This document shows, piece by piece, positions 10,232 to 20,642 of a stretch of DNA of 64,000 nucleotides; position 1 is the first letter of the stretch, and each line of letters opens with the position of its first letter. The translations under genes and the position numbers were made by a program. The notes beneath the pieces were generated by a model that was not told the origin of the DNA, did not search any database, and saw nothing but the letters and a program-made list of their open reading frames with translations. The DNA comes from Flavobacteriales bacterium. GTDB taxonomy: Bacteria > Bacteroidota > Bacteroidia > Flavobacteriales_F > PHOS-HE28. The DNA lies in assembly GCA_019912395.1 (NCBI GenBank), contig JAIOIH010000026.1, positions 20,812-84,811 on the forward strand, written 5' to 3'.

Positions 10232-11256
10232 TCGTATCCATGTTTCAGGGCCTCATCCACGTGCGCGATGGCCTTGTCGTCCACATCGAGGTGCGTGACG
10301 AAGCGCACCATTTGCGGGCCGAACTGCACGGCCAGGATGTTCCGTTCCTTCAGCTTTGGTAAAAAGGATGGTACGGTCATCCGCTGATCAAGCGTGACGA
10401 TCACGATGTTCGTTTCCACGGGCATCAATTGCTCCACGAACGGGCAGCGCTCCAGGATCGCGGCCAGCTGCTTGGCCCGCCGATGGTCATCCGCAAGGCG
10501 ATCGAGATGATGGTCCAGCGCGTAGAGGCCCGCTGCCGCCAGGATCCCCGCCTGCCGCATGCCCCCGCCGAAGCGCTTGCGCACGCGACGTGCTTGATCG
10601 ATGAAGGTGCTACCGCCCACCAACACGGAACCGACCGGAGCGCCCAGCCCTTTGCTGAGGCAGATGGAGACCGAATCGAACGGTGCGCCCCATTGGGCAG
10701 CGCTGTTCCCGTCCACGGCCATGGCATTGAAGATGCGTGCGCCGTCCAGATGTAGTTTCAAGCCGTGCCGATCACAGACTGTGCGGATGCGCTTTACCTC
10801 ATCGATGTCCCACACACTGCCGCCGCCACGATTGTTGCTGTTCTCAATGTTCACCAATCGTGTGCGGGCCAAGTACGTGGCCTCCGGGTCGTTTACCGCT
10901 GCTTCCACCTCCTCCGCCGTGAAGCGTCCTCGATCAGCGGGCACGAACTTCACACTGCATCCGCTGTTGGCCATGGTGCCACCACCTTCATACCGGTAGA
11001 TGTGCGCCCCTTCCTCACAGATCACCTCGTCACCGGGCCGGGTGTGTACGTTGATCGCGATCTGGTTGGCCATGGTGCCGCTGGGGCAGAACAGGCCGGC
11101 CTCGTGGCCGAAGAGCTGGGCCATGCGCGTTTCCAAGGCGTGTACTGTGGGGTCCTCGCCGAAGACGTCATCGCCCACTTCGGCGGTGAGCATGGCCGCT
11201 CGCATGGCGGGCGTGGGATGCGTTACCGTATCCGACCGGAGGTCTATGAATGACAT
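10228..11256 (-). CDS. ltaE: Low-specificity L-threonine aldolase
   Basis: Translation from the internal ATG 11256: [22 protein letters not shown]...[12 protein letters not shown]...[11 protein letters not shown] (PLP-lysine region). About 342 aa. The 723-aa track ORF is an upstream antisense extension with no start-like features. Confidence 0.88.
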   Translation of the reverse strand: MSFIDLRSDTVTHPTPAMRAAMLTAEVGDDVFGEDPTVHALETRMAQLFGHEAGLFCPSGTMANQIAINVHTRPGDEVICEEGAHIYRYEGGGTMANSGCSVKFVPADRGRFTAEEVEAAVNDPEATYLARTRLVNIENSNNRGGGSVWDIDEVKRIRTVCDRHGLKLHLDGARIFNAMAVDGNSAAQWGAPFDSVSICLSKGLGAPVGSVLVGGSTFIDQARRVRKRFGGGMRQAGILAAAGLYALDHHLDRLADDHRRAKQLAAILERCPFVEQLMPVETNIVIVTLDQRMTVPSFLPKLKERNILAVQFGPQMVRFVTHLDVDDKAIAHVDEALKHGYE

Positions 11257-11303
11257 GGCGACCAAGGTAAGTGGAGGGAGCAGGCGGAAAAAGTGACTGG
11301 TCT

Positions 11304-11690
11304 TCAATGAATGCGGCGGTCCAGTTCCGCGAGCATCCGCAGCTCCTTGGCATTGACCCCGTGGAAGGCATGTGCCACCACATCGGCCGCGCGCAGGACC
11401 AGCTTCTTCTGCGCGGGACTGAAGCGGTCCTTGTGCTGGGTGAGATACAGGATAAAGGATTCGAAGGCTACTTCCGGGGCTTCCCCGCGTTCCACTTGGA
11501 TGTCGAATTCGAACTCGGTGATATAGGCCCGGTCGGTGCCGAAATGGTCCACGGTCACTTCCTGCGGCACCAGTTGTTCCGTAACGACACGCCGCAAGGT
11601 GGCGGCCTCCTTCGCATGGATGCGACCGTCCACCGCGGCAATGGCATAGAGCAATCGTCCGAGTTCCGCATAGAATTTCCGCTGGTCCAT
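11304..11690 (-). CDS. TerB-like / DjlA-N-like small protein (tellurite-resistance TerB fold), hypothetical
   Basis: Trimmed to [36 protein letters not shown]... (128 aa). Amphipathic helical TerB-like pattern. Low certainty on family. Confidence 0.4.
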   Translation of the reverse strand: MDQRKFYAELGRLLYAIAAVDGRIHAKEAATLRRVVTEQLVPQEVTVDHFGTDRAYITEFEFDIQVERGEAPEVAFESFILYLTQHKDRFSPAQKKLVLRAADVVAHAFHGVNAKELRMLAELDRRIH

Positions 11691-11892
11691 GCCGAAAGGT
11701 AAGCGTTCCGGGGAAGAGGATGTTAGTGGGACAGCGGCACATTCCGAGTGCTCCGGCCCTTCCGTGAAGGAGAGCGGGGAACGGGACCGCGCACGGATGA
11801 GGCGTGATGGCTGCACCGGTCACGCGAACGTAGGCACCCGCCGGGAACAATTGCGCCACAACGCCGTAACAGCGTCCACCAAATCGGATAAA

Positions 11893-13134
11893 ATGAAGCG
11901 TAACTATGCGATGTTCCTGACCTCCCTGCTTGCCTGCGGCGCAATGGCCCAATGGCAACACATGGGCTTGGAAGGGTACTCCTCCACTACCGGAGGAGTT
12001 CAAGTGCTGGACGGTTCGATCTACTTTCACTCGGCGGAGAACAGCGGTACGATCTACCGGTCCGATGACGAGGGGGCCACATGGAACCCGCTTCAGTTCG
12101 CCACGGATGGCCAGTCGTGGAAGTACCGTTCCTTTAAACGGTTCCAATACGTGAACCACGGAACCAGGGAGGCAGGGCCGCAGGGTATCTATCGGAAGGA
12201 TACGGTCACGGATGAAAAGGTGGACCTGAACTGGGTCATCACCAATTTCGAAATGATGGATGATGGGCGCCTTGTAGCCTCCACCGGGATCGGGGGAGCG
12301 AATTCCATCATCCTCAGCGATCAGAACGGCGATGCTTGGGTGCCCGGTTTCCCATCCGGCCCGGATGTCCACGCCCGATTGATCGGCCGCGATGGGCAAG
12401 GACGGTTGTTGGTCCAGGCTTTCGCGGAGAACGTCCAGAACGATCAGGATGTCGGGCTATTCCGGTCCTCCGACTCCGGGGACTCCTGGGAACGGATCAG
12501 TGACGTGAAGCACGACCTTGCGGGTGCCAGTTCCAACGGGGACCATTCCATCTATGCCACGAACGGGCTACGGATCCTCAAGAGCCCTGACGATGGAGAG
12601 AAATGGTCCGTTCTCTCCGTGGATTTCCCCTATCTGGGCCTCACCGGTTCAAGGATCTTCAACATGGGAGGCGGACACCTCTTTTTCATGTGCCATGAAG
12701 AGGGCGCTACCACCCAAGGCAATTTGTACCAGAGCTTGGACCACGGCACCAGTTGGTCACCGGTGGAAGAGGAGATCTCCCAGCACTTGATCTTCAACAT
12801 GGCGCGCGATGCATCCGGCCACGTGTACGCCGCCACGAACAATGGTGTTTATCGACTGAACTCCGTTGAAGCCGTCTCCATCAGGGACACCGCACCTGCG
12901 GTAACGATCCATGCCTACCCGGTACCCACCCCGGACAAGGTGGTGGTGAATGCCGGAGGGGCTATGATCACGGAGCTGCGCATGTATGATGCTTCCTCCC
13001 GCGAGGTGCTGTTCAAGCCCAACGTGGACAAGCCTGCGGAACTGCTTCGCGTGGGGCACTTATCCCCTGGGGTCTACATCGTGCGGGCGGTTACCGGCAA
13101 GGGTATTGCCACCACCAACGTGGTGGTGGAGTGA
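11893..13134 (+). CDS. BNR/Asp-box repeat protein with T9SS type A C-terminal sorting domain
   Basis: Trimmed to the signal peptide [20 protein letters not shown]. Four SxDxGxTW Asp-boxes ([32 protein letters not shown]). C-terminus ...[18 protein letters not shown]...[21 protein letters not shown] is typical of a T9SS CTD. Confidence 0.7.
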   Translation: MKRNYAMFLTSLLACGAMAQWQHMGLEGYSSTTGGVQVLDGSIYFHSAENSGTIYRSDDEGATWNPLQFATDGQSWKYRSFKRFQYVNHGTREAGPQGIYRKDTVTDEKVDLNWVITNFEMMDDGRLVASTGIGGANSIILSDQNGDAWVPGFPSGPDVHARLIGRDGQGRLLVQAFAENVQNDQDVGLFRSSDSGDSWERISDVKHDLAGASSNGDHSIYATNGLRILKSPDDGEKWSVLSVDFPYLGLTGSRIFNMGGGHLFFMCHEEGATTQGNLYQSLDHGTSWSPVEEEISQHLIFNMARDASGHVYAATNNGVYRLNSVEAVSIRDTAPAVTIHAYPVPTPDKVVVNAGGAMITELRMYDASSREVLFKPNVDKPAELLRVGHLSPGVYIVRAVTGKGIATTNVVVE

Positions 13135-13213
13135 TCGTTGGCTTACTGGACGGCAAGGGGCCGATCGCACTGCAGCGGTCGGCCCCTTGTGGTTCAAGGT
13201 AGATGCAGGATGT

Positions 13214-13639
13214 TCATTCCATGGGCCGGAACAAATGGCCGCACAGGTTGCAGCGCATAGAGCGGTCCATGGCCAGCGGATAAACCGAGAAGAGCAAAGC
13301 CACCGCCCAATGCAGGATACCGCTTGTGGTCCGGGGCCTTGAAACACCGTTCGTCAACTCCTCCGATCCGCACTTCGGGCAGCCTATCGGTTGTTCTTCC
13401 TCGTCGAGGAAGGGGCGTTGTTCAGTCACGTTCAGGATACGTATCGCTTCCGCCTTCGATCCCTCCGGGACCTTGAGCTTAATGCCCCCGAGGGCATAAC
13501 TGAACATCCGGTTGAGGCCGATGATATGCTCATCGTGCACGAAGGCCTCTATCCCCTCGTTCTCAAGCAGGCAACGGGCCAAGTGCGCCTCCATCGGATC
13601 GTCATAAAAGCGGATCGGCACCAGGTCGTGATCGTTCAT
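13214..13639 (-). CDS. DUF2007-like small protein with C-terminal Cys4 zinc ribbon, hypothetical
   Basis: MNDHDLVPIRFYDDPMEAHLARCLLENEGIEAFVHDEHI... resembles the DUF2007 fold. CPKCGS...CNLCGH zinc ribbon. Confidence 0.45.
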   Translation of the reverse strand: MNDHDLVPIRFYDDPMEAHLARCLLENEGIEAFVHDEHIIGLNRMFSYALGGIKLKVPEGSKAEAIRILNVTEQRPFLDEEEQPIGCPKCGSEELTNGVSRPRTTSGILHWAVALLFSVYPLAMDRSMRCNLCGHLFRPME

Positions 13640-13643
13640 TCGC

Positions 13644-14285
13644 CTATTTCTTCCGGGCAACCATCAGTCCATCCCGCAGGGGGACCATCACGGCTTCCAC
13701 ACGTCCATCGCCATGCACGCGGCGCGCATATTCAACCAACGCTCGGGTCTGTTCGTCCTGTTCACTCGTGGGCTGCAGCACATTCCCGCTCCACAGCACA
13801 TTGTCCGCGATGATGAGACCTCCGGGGCGCATCCTGTCCACCACGGCATCGAAGTAGTTCGGGTAGTTCTGCTTGTCGGCATCGATGAAGACCAGGTCAA
13901 ACGGTGCGGGCAGTGAGGGGATCACCTCGAGCGCTGGGCGATGGTGCATGGTGATCCGGTCCTCCATACCGGCCTTCAGTACATGGCGCTTCACCATGTC
14001 CGGCAAGTTGGGGTCGATGTCGATGGTGTGCAGCATGCCGCCATCAGCCAAGCCTTCCACGAGGCACAGCGCGCTGTATCCGGTAAAGGTGCCGATCTCC
14101 ACAATGGTCTTCGGCTTCACCAGATGGCTGAGCATCGAGAGGAAGCGCCCTTGCAGATGGCCGCTCAACATCTGCGGCATCTCCACCTTCGCCTGGGTCT
14201 CCGCAGTAAGTTCCTTCAGGTAGGACGGCTCCCTGCCGCTATGTGATTCGCAATAGGCGTCAAGCGCGGGGTCGATGAAATGCAT
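13644..14285 (-). CDS. Class I SAM-dependent O-methyltransferase (caffeoyl-CoA O-methyltransferase family)
   Basis: VEIGTFTGYSALCL (motif I), FDLVFIDADKQNY, GGLIIADNVLWSG. 213 aa. Confidence 0.8.
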   Translation of the reverse strand: MHFIDPALDAYCESHSGREPSYLKELTAETQAKVEMPQMLSGHLQGRFLSMLSHLVKPKTIVEIGTFTGYSALCLVEGLADGGMLHTIDIDPNLPDMVKRHVLKAGMEDRITMHHRPALEVIPSLPAPFDLVFIDADKQNYPNYFDAVVDRMRPGGLIIADNVLWSGNVLQPTSEQDEQTRALVEYARRVHGDGRVEAVMVPLRDGLMVARKK

Positions 14286-15487
14286 CAGGGATGTTTGGTC
14301 AGTATGCCGCGAAGTTGCGTGGTTCCATGTTGGGCCTCCACTACATAACGGCCGGGAGACAAACGATTAACATCGATGGGCGAGCCGGTGTTCACCAACT
14401 CATCACGGACTGTGCGTCCCAACGCATCTATGATCCGGATGCGGGCAGCGGGCCATGTGGTGGGCCAGTTCGCCGTGATCGTGTGGGTTGCAGGATTCGG
14501 GTATACCTTGAGAGGAGCGCGCACCAGCTCTTCAATGCCGAAAACGAAGCCGTATGTGAACATTTCCGTACGCCTCACAAGGTCATTGTCGATCCCCGTA
14601 CCGATCACGTTGAAGTACCATCCTCCACCTCCTCCGGCGTAGGTCCCTGATGCGCCTCGCACGCCGTATGGCAGTGGGTCGATCATCTCGCTCCAAGAAT
14701 CTGCCACCGGGGCGTAGAAATATGCGTTCGCATGGAAAGTCGTGTCGTCCGATGCTCCCCCAACGATCCCAGTATCAATGTCCCTGAGAGGAGCAGCATC
14801 ATACCGAGGTTCGGGAAGTGGGGCCGCTGCTGTCCACTGGTCTGTGGTTGCATCGTACTTCCAAGTTTCAGCCAAAGCATTATATGCACTGTCCGCCCCA
14901 CCGATCACATACCCGAAAGATCCGGACTCGAAGCTTGTAGCACGATGACGAGCGACACCCGGCATGGCGGCCACTTGTGCCCACATGTCGGTCGCGGGAT
15001 CGTAGCTCCAGCACTCGTTGGTGGCCGTTCCTCCCGTGATGAGCCCTCCGACCACATAGGCTTTGTTCCCGATGGTGAATGCCGTGGAGGCATACCGTCC
15101 GGCAGCAGGCATCGAAGCGAGTTGCACCCAGTTATTGGTAGCCTCCGAGAAGGACCACAGTTCATCTAGCGGTCCGCTCGCGGAGAGCCCACCGAACAAA
15201 TATCCGTGGTCGCCAGAAGGAAAGTTGAAGCCAACGCAATACTGCCGGGGTTCCGCGGGCAGGTCGGGAACTGGGTACCATTGAGGGTTGCCGACGATAT
15301 CCAGCATCCACCAATCTGAAGTGAGTCCCCAGCCCGTTTCCATTCCCGTGCCGAAATACGCATGCGTCCCGATGGAGAAAGCGGCTGCGTCATCCCTTGC
15401 CGTTCCTGGGAAATCCGGCACTTGCAGCCAATATTGTGAATGGGCCTGGGAGGTGAACAGGAGAAGAAGGGGTAGGATGTGGCGCAT
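14285..15487 (-). CDS. Kelch / galactose-oxidase-like beta-propeller protein with T9SS C-terminal sorting domain
   Basis: Trimmed to the signal peptide MRHILPLLLLFTSQAHSQ. Repeated kelch-like blades (AYFGTG, GYLFGG, AYVVGG, GYVIGG). C-terminal KVYPNPATHTITANW...LSPGRYVVEA T9SS CTD. Confidence 0.7.
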   Translation of the reverse strand: MRHILPLLLLFTSQAHSQYWLQVPDFPGTARDDAAAFSIGTHAYFGTGMETGWGLTSDWWMLDIVGNPQWYPVPDLPAEPRQYCVGFNFPSGDHGYLFGGLSASGPLDELWSFSEATNNWVQLASMPAAGRYASTAFTIGNKAYVVGGLITGGTATNECWSYDPATDMWAQVAAMPGVARHRATSFESGSFGYVIGGADSAYNALAETWKYDATTDQWTAAAPLPEPRYDAAPLRDIDTGIVGGASDDTTFHANAYFYAPVADSWSEMIDPLPYGVRGASGTYAGGGGGWYFNVIGTGIDNDLVRRTEMFTYGFVFGIEELVRAPLKVYPNPATHTITANWPTTWPAARIRIIDALGRTVRDELVNTGSPIDVNRLSPGRYVVEAQHGTTQLRGILTKHP

Positions 15488-15567
15488 GCCCGAAGATTTC
15501 AAGTGTGATTCCTCCTCCATCGTGGTCCTGTATGCATGAGCTTCCCAGAGATGTGATGGCACGGCTA

Positions 15568-17814
15568 TTACAACTTCACAAAACGCGAAGTACGTGCACC
15601 TTCCGAACCAAAGGTGGTGATGGTGTAGGATCCGGCAGGAAGACCGGCGACATCCACGGCACCATCGTTTGGCATCCGCCCTTGTAGTACGCCTCGGCCA
15701 AAGAGGTCCTTGACCACATAGTTCACCGCATCGCTTCGCGTGATCATGTTGGTCCATAGCCGGTCCTGGGCTGGGTTGGGATAGACTCGCACCCCATGTT
15801 GGGATAACTCGGAAACCGCAGTCGCTAGCTGTACATGGAACACCGCTGGCGGAGTGGTGATCGGAGTATTGAAGTCGAAAACGATATGAGCCATGTTACT
15901 GATCGTCGTCCCGAGGGTCAGGTCGTCGTCGGGCAACAGGCTGAAGCTGACGAACCCTTGGCTATTCGCGGCATCACTGCTGCTGTCAGGCAAGTTGATG
16001 TTCTCAAGAAGGACGTAGAGCACTCCGTGATCAATGTACCAATGGTAGCTATGGCTGCCAGCGAGGAACCGGATGCTCTCTGCTCGCAGGCCGTCGGGCA
16101 GCGTATCTACGATGACCACACGTTCAGCCATATAGGTACCCGTGTTCTGGAAGCGCACCGTGTAGGTGATGGGCTTCTCGTTTGCCTGTACTTCGGATGG
16201 TGACATCACCGCAGGTGACAGGAGCTTGTCGTTCGGGTCGAAACTGCCCACCACAGTATCAGGGAACAGTATGAAATTGTTGGAAGGTGTTTCATCATCG
16301 GCATCGGGCAAGGCGCTCAGCATGTGGTCAATGGCTGTGCCCAAAGGCACGCTGGCCGCCGTGTTCAGGTCCACGGTCAGGCTTGCGGTGGCCCCTACGG
16401 CCATGGAGGGCAGGTTCCATACGGCGGTGTTGCCGGTCTGGGAGCTGGGGGCGATGGAACTGCCCACCCAAGTTTGGACCGCATCGTAGTTCAACACCAA
16501 CTGCGCATCCATGGGAACGGTGCCGAAATTGCGGCAGGAGAGATAGAGGCGATTGTCAAAGCCGGGCCGTGCGGGTTCAGCGTACAGGTGGGCTTGGAGG
16601 TCTTGGAGGCCGGAAATCAGCGTGACGGCGAAATCGTTCAGGGTGTCCGCATCACCCATTTCGGGCAAGCTCGCAGTATGCAGGGCGGGAGCTATGGCTT
16701 GGTAGTATGGATAGCTGGAGGCCGGAATGATGGTATAGTTGCCCGGTTGTACGCCCACAGTCCAACTCCCATCACTGTTGCATCCCACCATGTATCCGTT
16801 TGGATCCACCACTACGGATGCCCAGGGGAATGAAAGGTCATTTGGGCCGTACTGGCCATCGTTGTCCTGGTCGATAAATACGGTGCCTGATATGCCCGGC
16901 CCGATGCCGGGGCAATCCGTGTTCAGCACGGAACAGTAGGTAACCTCTTCGGGGCCGAAGTCCATGTATGAGATGGTACAGTATGGAAGGGATGCAGGCC
17001 AGTTGGGGATACAGGTCCATGCATCGATCCGCAAGGATGTCAACGTGTTGGGAAGCCATGGTAAACATAATTGAGGCGTATAGTTGGGCCAGATCCGGAG
17101 GTCAGTCATGCCTGTTGGCCAGGATAGATAGCTATACTCATTTCCACTCAAAAAGACCTTGCGGATCGATGCTGCGGACAGATCGACGGATACCGTGCCT
17201 CCGGTGGCGAGATACAGACTGTCGATAGTGGAAGGGGGCATCGTGAATGTGCTGTTGCTCCAGTTCGTGATGTAGAGATCTCCGATCTTGAAGAACCCTT
17301 CCCACTCCAACTGCCTGATGTACATAGCCCTCATGCTTTCAAGGCTGTCAGGCATGGTGGCGATATGGGCTGTAAGCCCCGGAGTTCCCAATCCTCCTAT
17401 CCAAAGCTCTTGCAGTCCAGCAGGCAAAGCATTCAGGTCTATCGACGTGAAGGAATAGACCAACAGTCTTTTCAGACCGGATGGCAAGCCGTTCAGGGAA
17501 AATGACACCGTGGTATCGAGGTATACGCTCATTGACAACGATTTCATCGCATGCAGGTACCTCAATCCGATGAATTCAATGGGCGCCGTATAATCATCGT
17601 ATGGAATGAAGAGGCTTACCGTATCCAGGGAAGCAATTCCCGAATTCAAGGTGTCCATGATCCCCACCCCGTCCACGATGCCGGGTATCAAGGTGTTTAG
17701 CATATGCCGTTCCACGGTGTCCGGAATGAAGACCTGAGCCTGGGCTTGTCCAAAAGCGGTAGCAAGCATCATGGTCAGAAAGGCGCGTGTGAGGAGGGTG
17801 TGGAGGTGCTTCAT
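15568..17814 (-). CDS. Large secreted leucine-rich-repeat-like protein with T9SS C-terminal sorting domain
   Basis: Signal peptide MKHLHTLLTRAFLTMMLATAFGQAQA. N-terminal repeats with LxxLxxLP patterns. C-terminal RVYPNPAQDRLWTNM...LPAGSYTITT CTD. 748 aa. Confidence 0.65.
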   Translation of the reverse strand: MKHLHTLLTRAFLTMMLATAFGQAQAQVFIPDTVERHMLNTLIPGIVDGVGIMDTLNSGIASLDTVSLFIPYDDYTAPIEFIGLRYLHAMKSLSMSVYLDTTVSFSLNGLPSGLKRLLVYSFTSIDLNALPAGLQELWIGGLGTPGLTAHIATMPDSLESMRAMYIRQLEWEGFFKIGDLYITNWSNSTFTMPPSTIDSLYLATGGTVSVDLSAASIRKVFLSGNEYSYLSWPTGMTDLRIWPNYTPQLCLPWLPNTLTSLRIDAWTCIPNWPASLPYCTISYMDFGPEEVTYCSVLNTDCPGIGPGISGTVFIDQDNDGQYGPNDLSFPWASVVVDPNGYMVGCNSDGSWTVGVQPGNYTIIPASSYPYYQAIAPALHTASLPEMGDADTLNDFAVTLISGLQDLQAHLYAEPARPGFDNRLYLSCRNFGTVPMDAQLVLNYDAVQTWVGSSIAPSSQTGNTAVWNLPSMAVGATASLTVDLNTAASVPLGTAIDHMLSALPDADDETPSNNFILFPDTVVGSFDPNDKLLSPAVMSPSEVQANEKPITYTVRFQNTGTYMAERVVIVDTLPDGLRAESIRFLAGSHSYHWYIDHGVLYVLLENINLPDSSSDAANSQGFVSFSLLPDDDLTLGTTISNMAHIVFDFNTPITTPPAVFHVQLATAVSELSQHGVRVYPNPAQDRLWTNMITRSDAVNYVVKDLFGRGVLQGRMPNDGAVDVAGLPAGSYTITTFGSEGARTSRFVKL

Positions 17815-17949
17815 GATATGTTAAAGTTAAATGCACAGGCGGCATTTGGCGGATACCTGTTCATCCACGATGCCCGGGTTCCGCCGTACAGGGCCCCCCC
17901 TACGAAAGCGCATTCCATTTTGTGGTTTTATGGCCGCCAAGTACCCCCG

Positions 17950-19677
17950 TCATTCCCGCTCGATCACGATCCGTTTTGAGAAAACACATCGATCCCTCTT
18001 CAAAAGCCTCAACACGTACAGGCCCTGGTTCAAGGAGGTCACATCCACAACCGGCCCCCACCGGGAGCGAAGGACCCTTCGTCCGACCACGTCGAAGATC
18101 TCGATCAGGCCCCCGTTCAGCTCCGGGCCCGCAGTGATCTCCAAACGGTCGCGGGCAGGATTGGGATGGACGGAAACGGGGAAAGCCGTCCGCTCCTCCA
18201 CGCCGACATCCAAATGGCCCAGCTTGGCGATGAAAATATCGCCCGTATAACCGCCATCAAAGGCATTGGTCAACGTGGTATTCCCCATTGCGATCTCGGG
18301 GCTGAAAAAGCTACCCCCTACGTACAGGTCCCCGTTCGGGGCGGCTGCCAGGGCCAGGGCCATGTCCGGCGCAAAGCCTCCGGCAGAATGTGCATAGTTG
18401 AATTCCCCTGCACTGTTCAGGTTCAGCACGTACATGTCCGTTCCACCGGCCGATGTCAGGTAGAACTCCGTTCCCGGGGCCGGGTCGAAATCAACCCTAT
18501 GGTTGAAGTAGGCGCAAGCGATCACATTGCCGCTGCCCGTGGGGTCCAGGACCAGCTTGCCACTGTATTCATCCCCGTGCGCGCCGAAACCTTTGGCCCA
18601 AATGGGTGCCCCGGAGCTATTGAGCTTTGCGATGAAGGCATCGAAGGCTCCTGCGGCGGTGAGCGTGGTGACGGCGGGGCTGGTATCAAAGTCCACCGTG
18701 TTCTGGAAGTTCCCTGCGAGGTATACATCATAGGGAGCCATTTGATCCACTACCACCGCCATCGCCATCTCGAACCCCATCCCTCCGAATTGCTTCGCCC
18801 ACACCAGGTCACCCTCGGCGCTCAACTTGTTCACGAACAGGTCGGTGCCGCCAACGGAAGTAAAGGTGTAGGTCGTGGCCAGGTCCGGGTCCATGTCAAT
18901 GGTCCCCTCGAAATAGCCAACGGTATACACACTGCCATCACCTGAGGGGCTGACCGCCATATCTCTCAGGGGGACTAAGTGAGCACTGGCCAGCGAACGT
19001 GCCCATACGAAGTGGCCGGCCGTATCCAGCTTCAGGATGAATGCGTCCGTGAGGCTATCGGGGTCCATCTCAAAAACACCGGGGCCGGGATCGAAATCGA
19101 GCGGGCCGGAGAAGCTGCCCGCGACGTAAACCGCCCCGTTCGCTGTATCGTCAATGGCCATGCTGGACCCGCCTTCATGGTCCGGCCCGCCAATAGCGAG
19201 GGCCCACACCAAGCTGCCTTGATCGGTGAACTTGGCAACAAAAATGTCATGCGAGCCAACGGAAGTTAGCTGGGTGATGCCGGGACCCGGGTCCATGTCG
19301 ATCGATCCGGTGAACAAGCCGGTCAAGTACACATGGCCATGGCTATCCGTCTTCACGGACGCCCCGGCCTTGTAGCCCGGACTTCCGAAGGATATCGCCC
19401 ACACCAGTTCCCCTACGCTGTTGAATTTCGACAGATAAATGCCCAGCCCCCCGTGTGAGCTCATGTTGTGCGCGGAAGGACCGGGGTCAAAGTCCACCGT
19501 TCCGATAAAATACCCGGTTGCATAGACGTTTCCCGAGGGATCGGTGGCAAGCGCGTAGCAATAGTCGGAATTGCTATCGCCCATGGAGACCGCCCAATCC
19601 CAGTTCGGCGCTTGTGCCTCGACCGATGCAGTGGAGAACAGGGCAACGCCGAGGGCTACTGGCAACGACCTGAACAT
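17950..19677 (-). CDS. SBBP (beta-propeller) repeat protein with T9SS C-terminal sorting domain
   Basis: Trimmed to the signal peptide MFRSLPVALGVALFSTASVEAQA. Many D-x-SGN-VY-xTGYF/SF SBBP-type repeats. C-terminal SVHPNPARDRLEIT...LNQGLYVLRL CTD. Confidence 0.7.
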   Translation of the reverse strand: MFRSLPVALGVALFSTASVEAQAPNWDWAVSMGDSNSDYCYALATDPSGNVYATGYFIGTVDFDPGPSAHNMSSHGGLGIYLSKFNSVGELVWAISFGSPGYKAGASVKTDSHGHVYLTGLFTGSIDMDPGPGITQLTSVGSHDIFVAKFTDQGSLVWALAIGGPDHEGGSSMAIDDTANGAVYVAGSFSGPLDFDPGPGVFEMDPDSLTDAFILKLDTAGHFVWARSLASAHLVPLRDMAVSPSGDGSVYTVGYFEGTIDMDPDLATTYTFTSVGGTDLFVNKLSAEGDLVWAKQFGGMGFEMAMAVVVDQMAPYDVYLAGNFQNTVDFDTSPAVTTLTAAGAFDAFIAKLNSSGAPIWAKGFGAHGDEYSGKLVLDPTGSGNVIACAYFNHRVDFDPAPGTEFYLTSAGGTDMYVLNLNSAGEFNYAHSAGGFAPDMALALAAAPNGDLYVGGSFFSPEIAMGNTTLTNAFDGGYTGDIFIAKLGHLDVGVEERTAFPVSVHPNPARDRLEITAGPELNGGLIEIFDVVGRRVLRSRWGPVVDVTSLNQGLYVLRLLKRDRCVFSKRIVIERE

Positions 19678-20189
19678 GGAGCTGGATATTGGCATGCGTG
19701 TTCGTTGTTGAGCCAATTGGAGGAACAAGGTAGGTCGTGGCAGCGCCGCGCCGAAGTTGATCGAATGCCAAGGGAAACGTTTCGTGAATCCGTGGACGCT
19801 TGTGTGCAGGAACAGACGTGTCGTGGATCACGAACGCTGCCCGGCCCCCTGATGCGGGAGCGATAAGGCAATGCCATGGCATATCAGGGGTATCGTCCAT
19901 TCCAGCCTTGGTGCCGCACCTTCGGTACTTTCAGGGGGTGCGGCTGTGTTGCGGGAGCAATTGGGAAGGACGGAAAGAACGGTGAGAATGGTCGGTATGC
20001 ATCGGTCCTTGCCGCCCGATATCTATCGCCCCTCACTTGTTCGCCATCCTTACCTACGCCCGTGATCATCAGTACGGCAAGTCCTTCGGCACTTGATTTT
20101 GAGAGGTTCCACGAGGCGATTGCGCTGCGATCAGGTCGCACGATCAGGATGGATCTTGCATATTCGTAGTCCACAAACTCCGATCCACT

Positions 20190-20630
20190 ATGCGAAATGT
20201 ACATACTTCCCTATTCTCAGCATCCTTGCTGACCGTCCTCATGGCATGCTCTTCCGGCCCCGGGCCGGAAAGCGGCTTGCCAGCCACAAGCGCCGAGGAA
20301 GAAGCTGCCGTTGCCTGCGATCCGATAGTGGAGGAATACCGCGACTTGATGGCGGACTACGAGGCTGGCCTGAAGGAAATGATCGCAGCGAAAAAGGTGG
20401 ATGCCGAACGGCAGGAGGAGTGGAGCAGGAAGGCACAGGCCCTGAGCGATAAGGTGAACGAACGCGGCGAGCGGGATCTGGGCTTGAAATGCTGGCAGGA
20501 GTTCAATACCATCGGGCAGACCTATGCTCCGCGCATCGCCACCCTCGGCATGGAGTTGGCCATGATCGAGGCAGGGGACAAAATGGACCCCGCCGCGCTG
20601 GAAGCGATGAAGAAGGCCATGGGCCAATAA
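20190..20630 (+). CDS. Hypothetical lipoprotein
   Basis: MRNVHTSLFSASLLTVLMACSS lipobox. Acidic, helical. 146 aa. Confidence 0.45.
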   Translation: MRNVHTSLFSASLLTVLMACSSGPGPESGLPATSAEEEAAVACDPIVEEYRDLMADYEAGLKEMIAAKKVDAERQEEWSRKAQALSDKVNERGERDLGLKCWQEFNTIGQTYAPRIATLGMELAMIEAGDKMDPAALEAMKKAMGQ

Positions 20631-20642
20631 GTTGATCGCGCG

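Noticed and set aside
10228-12399. 723-aa minus-strand ORF covering ltaE plus 1.1 kb upstream
   Set aside because: Only the C-terminal 342 aa (from MSFIDLRS at 11256) look like threonine aldolase. The N-terminal extension is Pro/Arg/Gly-rich antisense-type sequence. It overlaps well-supported genes on both strands (11304..11690 on the minus strand, 11893..13134 on the plus strand).
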